Assembly (NCBI GenBank): GCA_965655095.1 | Contig: OZ296654.1 | Location: 25,792,001-25,856,000 of the forward strand | DNA from: Haplodiscus bocki | Lineage: Eukaryota | Length of the DNA stretch: 64,000 bases | Reading direction: 5' to 3' | Program-made: the position numbers and the translations under genes | Shown: positions 60,801 through 64,000 of the stretch, one piece after another | Numbering within the stretch: the stretch's first letter is position 1 | Layout of the letters: every line of letters starts with the position of its first letter | The notes under the pieces: model-generated | Database searches by the model: none | What the model was told of the DNA's origin: nothing | The model's input: the letters and a program-made list of their open reading frames with translations, nothing else

Positions 60801-61501
60801 TGTTCGAATTGAGGGACTATCTGGTGAAACTGTTGAAGGAAAAGGAGGGATTCAAACTACTTGTCGAAGATGTATGTAATTTTATTTAGATAATAAAATT
60901 TAAATCAATAAAGAATTTTTGGAAACTAAGAATAATGGAAATAGAACAAAATCAGTTTGATAAAAATTATAACAAGGTGCCCATTTTAGCTCCGGGATGT
61001 TTTCATCTGTGCAAATTTGTTCATAAATCGATAATGCGTTTTAGATGAAAGATTTTTTGGAAAATCGAAAATTTTTCTAGAATTGATTGAAACGCCGAAA
61101 TTTAATCATCAATTATTTAACAGTATACCTGAAGTTTGCTTAAATTTTGCAATAATACTTAGAAATTTTGACAAATTGAAAACCAATAATTGGATAAAAT
61201 AAACACACGTTTTAATGAAAAACTAGCATCGGATTTTGAGACAAACATGTTAGCTTTTGCCGATGTTCGAAATTTTATTTATTCTAGTTCAAAACCAAGT
61301 AATCTTTTTCTGAAAGGTTAAGTTAGGCTTCCATTATGAACGTTTCTGTTCTCGTATTACCTCATTTTGCGATCGCAGGGGCTATTTGATGAGAACACTG
61401 TTTGTTTTCAGCCTCAATTTCTGAACGTGTGTTTCTGGTACATCCCCGCTTCAATAAGAGATTTTCCTGACGGTGAAATGAGAACAAAGAAACTACACAA
61501 G
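3579..61501 (+). CDS. GAD: Glutamate decarboxylase (group II PLP-dependent decarboxylase), spliced gene, partial at both ends; join(3579..3840,19283..19519,20076..20166,21529..21641,23792..23907,28002..28081,28436..28490,45249..45365,48500..48564,49187..49265,60617..60871,61412..61501)
   Basis: Exons join in frame with matching phases (1560 nt, 520 codons, no stops). Motifs seen: [43 protein letters not shown] (PLP lysine), [39 protein letters not shown] plus NTNMF are the GAD-type residues; CSAD/GADL1 have NQLF and SQY. Confidence 0.97.
9573..10656. mobile_element. Candidate old solo LTR (1084 bp)
   Basis: 6-bp terminal inverted repeat TGTAGC...GCTACA; flanks GACGC/GTCTC match only 3/5; interior looks richer in GC than the flanks. 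Confidence 0.35.
10728..11760 (+). repeat. Diverged ~110-120 bp tandem repeat (core GTTGTCAAAACTGCATTCTACGTGTCCAGAGGAACATTTTG) spanning an assembly gap
   Basis: Core recurs at about 10730, 10840, 10954, 11198, 11312, 11495, 11607 and 11719. Confidence 0.9.
10998..11197. other. Assembly gap (200 N)
   Basis: Run of N. Confidence 1.
16773..17061. mobile_element. Short MITE of the same family
   Basis: ACCCAAGTTGAGATCTCAGAG ... GAGAATTCAACCCGAG; internal AGCGCTGATT motifs. Confidence 0.65.
17433..17501 (+). pseudogene. tRNA-Cys(GCA)-derived pseudogene / SINE head
   Basis: Acceptor stem GGACTG/CAGTCC, anticodon loop CTGCAGA, T-arm GCGGG-TTCGAAT-CCTGC with B box GGTTCGAATCC (17480..17490); D-arm degenerate. 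Confidence 0.7.
17624..17703 (+). repeat. 15-bp minisatellite (AATTCAGGATGAAGC) x5
   Basis: Directly visible; accounts for the IQDEA repeat in the ORF track. Confidence 0.95.
19283..19519 (+). CDS. GAD: GAD exon B (LVPHEAYP...[10 protein letters not shown]...CRYAVKS)
   Basis: ttctag acceptor, g|gtaaga donor; lies within ORF-track entry 19252..19620. Confidence 0.95.
19789..20017. mobile_element. MITE, CATAG/CTATG-motif family (related sequence at ~52245..52370)
   Basis: CCCGGGTT ... AGCTAGGG; shares ATACTAATCATA...TTGCTATGATCAGCTAGG with ~52270..52317. Confidence 0.55.
20076..20166 (+). CDS. GAD: GAD exon C ([31 protein letters not shown]), 91 nt
   Basis: ttcag acceptor, at|gttagt donor, hallmark motif. 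Confidence 0.97.
20167..20380 (+). repeat. (GTTA)n microsatellite beginning at the exon C splice donor
   Basis: gttagttagttatttagttgcttagtta N... tagttagttagttaaatagttagttagc. Confidence 0.9.
20195..20328. other. Assembly gap (134 N) inside a (GTTA)n microsatellite
   Basis: Run of N. Confidence 1.
20791..20828 (+). repeat. 11-bp tandem repeat (TCGACCGCAAC) x~3.5
   Basis: Directly visible. Confidence 0.9.
21529..21641 (+). CDS. GAD: GAD exon D ([37 protein letters not shown]), 113 nt
   Basis: ctaac branch-like site plus tttacag acceptor; g|gttagg donor. Confidence 0.97.
21991..23747 (-). mobile_element. Solo LTR, family 1 (1757 bp)
   Basis: TGT...ACA ends; perfect 5-bp TSD AGTAC (21986..21990, 23748..23752); homologous in inverted orientation to 58414..60068. 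Confidence 0.9.
23792..23907 (+). CDS. GAD: GAD exon E ([39 protein letters not shown]), 116 nt
   Basis: ttttcag acceptor, gag|gtaagt donor. Confidence 0.97.
28002..28081 (+). CDS. GAD: GAD exon F ([26 protein letters not shown]), 80 nt
   Basis: ttttag acceptor, ag|gttatg donor; contains the PLP-stacking His of SHYS. Confidence 0.95.
28436..28490 (+). CDS. GAD: GAD exon G ([19 protein letters not shown]), 55 nt
   Basis: tttttag acceptor, gag|gttagt donor; aligns to RGKIIPADFEAKILEAKQK of GAD1. Confidence 0.93.
29002..30501 (+). mobile_element. Solo LTR, family 2 (1500 bp)
   Basis: TGTC...GACA ends; TSD ACCAT/ACCAC (4/5); decayed reading frame running to the 3' CA; only one copy in the window. 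Confidence 0.65.
33190..33839. mobile_element. MITE, TGCATG-motif family (left boundary uncertain, interrupted)
   Basis: Ends AGCTCAACTAGGG; shares AAATCATCACGATGACAAA and downstream sequence with 43250..43520. Confidence 0.65.
34107..34335. mobile_element. MITE, Merlin-type (229 bp)
   Basis: Terminal inverted repeats GGATCTTTTCTGTTAACTCCCCCCCC; perfect 8-bp TSD AATTTCCT (34099..34106, 34336..34343). GG termini with an 8-bp TSD are typical of the Merlin superfamily. Confidence 0.85.
34486..37308 (+). repeat. 5' LTR (2823 bp)
   Basis: Direct repeat of 38913..42037; TG...CA ends; lacks the 311 bp found at 40285..40595 of the 3' LTR. Confidence 0.95.
37309..37328 (+). promoter_or_regulatory. 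Primer-binding site, tRNA-Asn type
   Basis: GGGCGCTCCTGGGTGGGCTC directly follows the LTR's CA and resembles the reverse complement of metazoan tRNA-Asn(GTT) 3' ends as I recall them (TGGCGCTCCYGGGTGGGCTC), with the first T changed to G. Confidence 0.8.
37423..38293 (+). pseudogene. gag: Frameshifted retrotransposon gag followed by a short reverse-transcriptase-like remnant
   Basis: [32 protein letters not shown]; [18 protein letters not shown] (resembles the capsid major homology region); [17 protein letters not shown] in a shifted frame; then [15 protein letters not shown] (38246..38290), resembling the VxFLGxxI RT motif. Confidence 0.8.
38900..38912 (+). promoter_or_regulatory. Polypurine tract
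   Basis: AAGTGGGGGGGAA immediately before the 3' LTR. Confidence 0.85.
38913..42037 (+). repeat. 3' LTR (3125 bp; first base T>A)
   Basis: Starts AGTGAGATTTGTGCC (5' LTR: TGTGAGATTTGTGCC); ends CTACA followed by the TSD. Confidence 0.95.
42323..42623. mobile_element. Candidate small TIR element
   Basis: AAGTGTACAGTTTTT / TAAGACTGTGCACTT imperfect inverted repeats; no clear TSD. Confidence 0.35.
43095..43524. mobile_element. MITE, TGCATG-motif family
   Basis: CCCTAGTTGAACTT ... AGTTCGACTAGAG; colinear with 33555..33839. Confidence 0.7.
45249..45365 (+). CDS. GAD: GAD exon H ([39 protein letters not shown]), 117 nt
   Basis: ttccag acceptor, gat|gttagt donor. Confidence 0.96.
47805..47975 (+). 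repeat. Dispersed repeat (TCGTGATAC.CC / TTTCGATACCAGAAA family); related copy at ~60195..60320
   Basis: Shared motifs tcgtgatacc, ataccaaa, gtgagac/gtgaaac...ttttcgac. Confidence 0.5.
48500..48564 (+). CDS. GAD: GAD exon I ([21 protein letters not shown]), 65 nt
   Basis: ttttcag acceptor, tt|gttagt donor. Confidence 0.96.
49187..49265 (+). CDS. GAD: GAD exon J ([26 protein letters not shown]), 79 nt; PLP-binding Lys codon at 49215..49217
   Basis: ttatag acceptor, gac|gtaagt donor, NPHK motif. Confidence 0.98.
49496..50311. mobile_element. MITE, AGCGCT/TCAGAGCTGA-motif family
   Basis: Ends CCCGTGTTGAAGTCTCCGA / TCTGAGACCTCAACCCGGG are imperfect inverted repeats; sub-terminal TCAGCGCTGA-like repeats. 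Confidence 0.75.
51100..51853 (+). mobile_element. Helitron/Helentron-like non-autonomous element with two tandem 3' ends
   Basis: Hairpin GCCGG-TGGTGG-CCGGC (51829..51844) followed by CTTGTT; similar end at ~51270..51306; related fragment at ~21230..21508. Confidence 0.5.
56070..56345 (-). repeat. Inverted dispersed copy of the ~115 bp repeat family
   Basis: CAAAATGTTCCTCTGGACACGGAGAATGCAGTTATGACAAC is the reverse complement of the core; second unit at about 56195. Confidence 0.85.
56524..56775. mobile_element. MITE fragment, CTTGCAAG-motif family (related fragment at ~17085..17322)
   Basis: Starts CCCTAGTTCA; dense TTGCAA/CTTGCAAG palindromes. Confidence 0.6.
56908..58309. mobile_element. 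MITE of the same family, with unrelated sequence inside
   Basis: Left end CCGAGTTGACGTCTCA, right end CTAAGACTTCAACCCAGG; arms similar to those of 49496..50311. Confidence 0.6.
58414..60068 (+). mobile_element. Solo LTR, family 1, diverged copy (1655 bp)
   Basis: Starts TGTTGCAGCACATCTGCGA (other copy: TGTCGCAGCATGTCTGCGA); ends CTCCCAGA (degenerate CA end); TSD GCTGT/GCGGT (4/5); colinear homology with 21991..23747. Confidence 0.8.
60617..60871 (+). CDS. GAD: GAD exon K ([51 protein letters not shown]...FKLLVED), 255 nt
   Basis: ctctag acceptor, gat|gtatgt donor; catalytic-loop Tyr (YLFQ) and QCGR. Confidence 0.98.
61412..61501 (+). CDS. GAD: GAD exon L ([30 protein letters not shown]), 90 nt, followed by a GC donor
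   Basis: ttttcag acceptor; NVCFWYIP motif; ends KLHK then aag|gcgagt. Confidence 0.93.
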
Positions 61502-64000
61502 GCGAGTTATAATTTTCATTTTGGATCATACGGAGTATGAGGTTAATATTCAAATCAGTAGTTTCCTTTTTCATCCACGATTTTGCGAAAGCCTTATTCC
61601 AGACTTCAGACTTCAAATTCAAAATCAACTTCTGTATTTAAGAACACGCATTATCGTTTGAGCAACATACCACAGGCAACAACGCGGCTTTTCAATGAAA
61701 TTAGTTTTCTTTTTTCAAAAAAGTATTGGTTGAGGACAAAAATTTTCGATACTGTTCAAAATTTGCATATAATATTTTTCCCAGACTGCTTCGAAACGCT
61801 TCTCTGAACATGTAGAATTGTAATCTGTACATTTCAGAGTTCTGCAGGTGTCTGATGGATTGTTCTCCGAAGACAATTAAAACACAGGCCTCAAAACACT
61901 CTTTTTGCCAATTTCCATAAACTTTTCGTTTTTGAGCCAAACTTTGATGTGACATCGATTCTCAACAAACCTGGTCCCAATCTGAATGAACCGGGAACCT
62001 TGCGTGGTGGCGTTTTGAGGCAACGAAAACGTATCGAAGTTTCATTTTGAATTTTTTCTCAGAAAAACACAAACAAAAACCCTACTTTTATATCGTGTTT
62101 TCCACATTTGATAGGTTCAATTCTGTCTCCTCAGAGCTTTATCGACCTGCAAAATCTATAAACTACAAAACGAGAAGGTTTGTTAATTGGTTTCTTGCAC
62201 TCGCCTACTTTTAAAAATAAGTTTTCAGAAGCAAATCGCAGAAAAAACGTTCAATTTGAAATGTTTCTCTGTTTTTTACTCGATGCACAACCATAAATAA
62301 CCAGAACCTGTTGCTAGATGAATTTTATTCTCATCAGAACAAAATAAAATTACCCAGTTGTAAGTTTTCTCAAGATATGATAGAGGACTATCTTCTATCT
62401 GACAAAAAAATAGAAGATTTTGAGCTCGCACATCAGGTTTGTTGATTTTCAAACGAGCTTTACGAACTTATGAGCCATCAATTGCACCTAAAAACCTCAT
62501 CCATTAGCCTGTGAAAACGTATATTTGACAGAAAAGGTACGTTTTAGCATGCCCACACTTTTTGATTGCAAGTTGTCAAAAGAAGAATCAGAAAAAAAAC
62601 TGTTTTTTTTCTCATTTTTTTTTTCAGTTTGACTTATGTCATCACTTTATATCAACTCAATTCAGTTTTGCAATAAACCGCTGCAAAAAGAAAAATTTTA
62701 ACTATCATGAAGCAAAATTGCTGATTCAAGAACTTTTGTTGGCTTTCTGCTGCAAGAAATCAAAAACTGCGCCCTTCACAAAAAACTTGCTGATTTCAAA
62801 ACTGTGTATCTCAAAGCATGATTGATCAATTGACTTCCATTATCTACGATCAGCAGAAAGACGTCGATGTAACTAAAATATGGGCTTCTCTGGCAACCAG
62901 TAACTTTTTGAAAAATTTATTTAAACATAAGACGCAGTAAAAAGATCTTTTTGCATTAACTTGACATAATTGAGGACGCTCTCAAATAGAGATTTCAAAA
63001 GAACTTTCAAATTTTCATCTAAAAAAAACTAAAATGGCTGAACCCCAGTCTCACGCGAAAGTTTAATTTCTTGATTGCCTTTTCGAGAAAAGTTTTTTTT
63101 CAAAAATTATCAGCAAAATAAGTTTTGCAACTTCCCTCCACGGAAAGCTTCGAAGAGAAGTTAAACAGTCCACAGGTGTTGGAGATTTTCTTCTGTATCA
63201 AGGTAGTCAGACTTGGTAGCTTCCACTTCCTGTATAAAAAACACACGGAGTGTACCGTAAATAGCTTTCCTATAAAGAGCAGCTACGAATCCTGTGAAAA
63301 ACCTGTTTGTTCTGCTAGTTTTTATACGTTGTCGGAGATATTTCTTTATCAATAACACATGATTTTCGAGATTAGTCGGGGTTTTCAGACAACTCAGCTC
63401 TTTTTAAAAAATTCAAAATGAATATGCGATAGAAATTTCAAAGTCTGACATTCTTCGAGTTCAAAATATTCAAAATGAACAGTATTTTCAAATTTTTTTT
63501 TTAAAAAAAAAAGATTATTTCTCCGAAAGAGTTCCCTCCGAAACAGTTCCCTCCAGTATCTGGATTTTGATCTTTTCTGTGCCAAAATACACATTTTCCA
63601 CCAAATAAAGAAATGATTATGGCAGCAACTTTTTTCTCAGAACACTTTTATACTAGAACGGCCCAAAAACATCTGGTATCCTCTGTTCTCAGTGTTGAAG
63701 CTTAATTTCTTCCTAAAATACTGGCTTGAGTTTCTCCTCAATGTCCCATTTGGAATTGTTGAACTTGTTTAAGGTCATTCAAGGAAATTCTTTAAGATTC
63801 GATTCTTCTAAGAAGAATTTGAACTGTATAAATGCCCAAAACATCCCCACTTTTGTATAATCTTGTCATTGAAACTCTCTCTTCTTCAAACCGCCTCAAA
63901 CTCTTCCAAAAGGATCATCAGAGAACTGGCGATTTTACGCAATATTGTATCGGCTTTGAAGAAAATTGTTTGTCGACAAAGCTCAACTTGTGAAACATTG

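Noticed and set aside
61502-64000. Final GAD exon (VAPxIK...MVGYQP...FFRM)
   Set aside because: Not found by eye; presumably lies beyond the window.

Overview
AT-rich, repeat-dense eukaryotic (invertebrate-type) genomic DNA with two N gaps. One spliced gene spans almost the whole window on the + strand: a PLP-dependent glutamate decarboxylase (GAD). I joined 12 coding exons (3579..61501; 1560 nt, 520 codons) in frame by hand. The start exon and the last exon were not found in the window. Nine exons match the human GAD1 exon sizes I recall, one vertebrate intron is absent, half of the donors are GTTA-type, and the last donor is GC. The introns (0.35-16.8 kb) are filled with transposon material. 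The largest element is a complete 7.55 kb non-autonomous LTR element with ~3 kb LTRs, a CCTTC target-site duplication (TSD), a tRNA-Asn-type primer-binding site (PBS), a decayed gag and a short RT remnant. There are also three solo LTRs with TSDs whose 3' ends carry a reading frame running off the terminus, a Merlin-type MITE, several CCC...GGG-ended MITEs built from palindromic motifs, a tRNA-Cys-derived SINE/pseudogene, a ~115 bp satellite and Helitron-like ends. Most ORF-track entries are spurious. No prokaryotic-type system (CRISPR etc.) is present.
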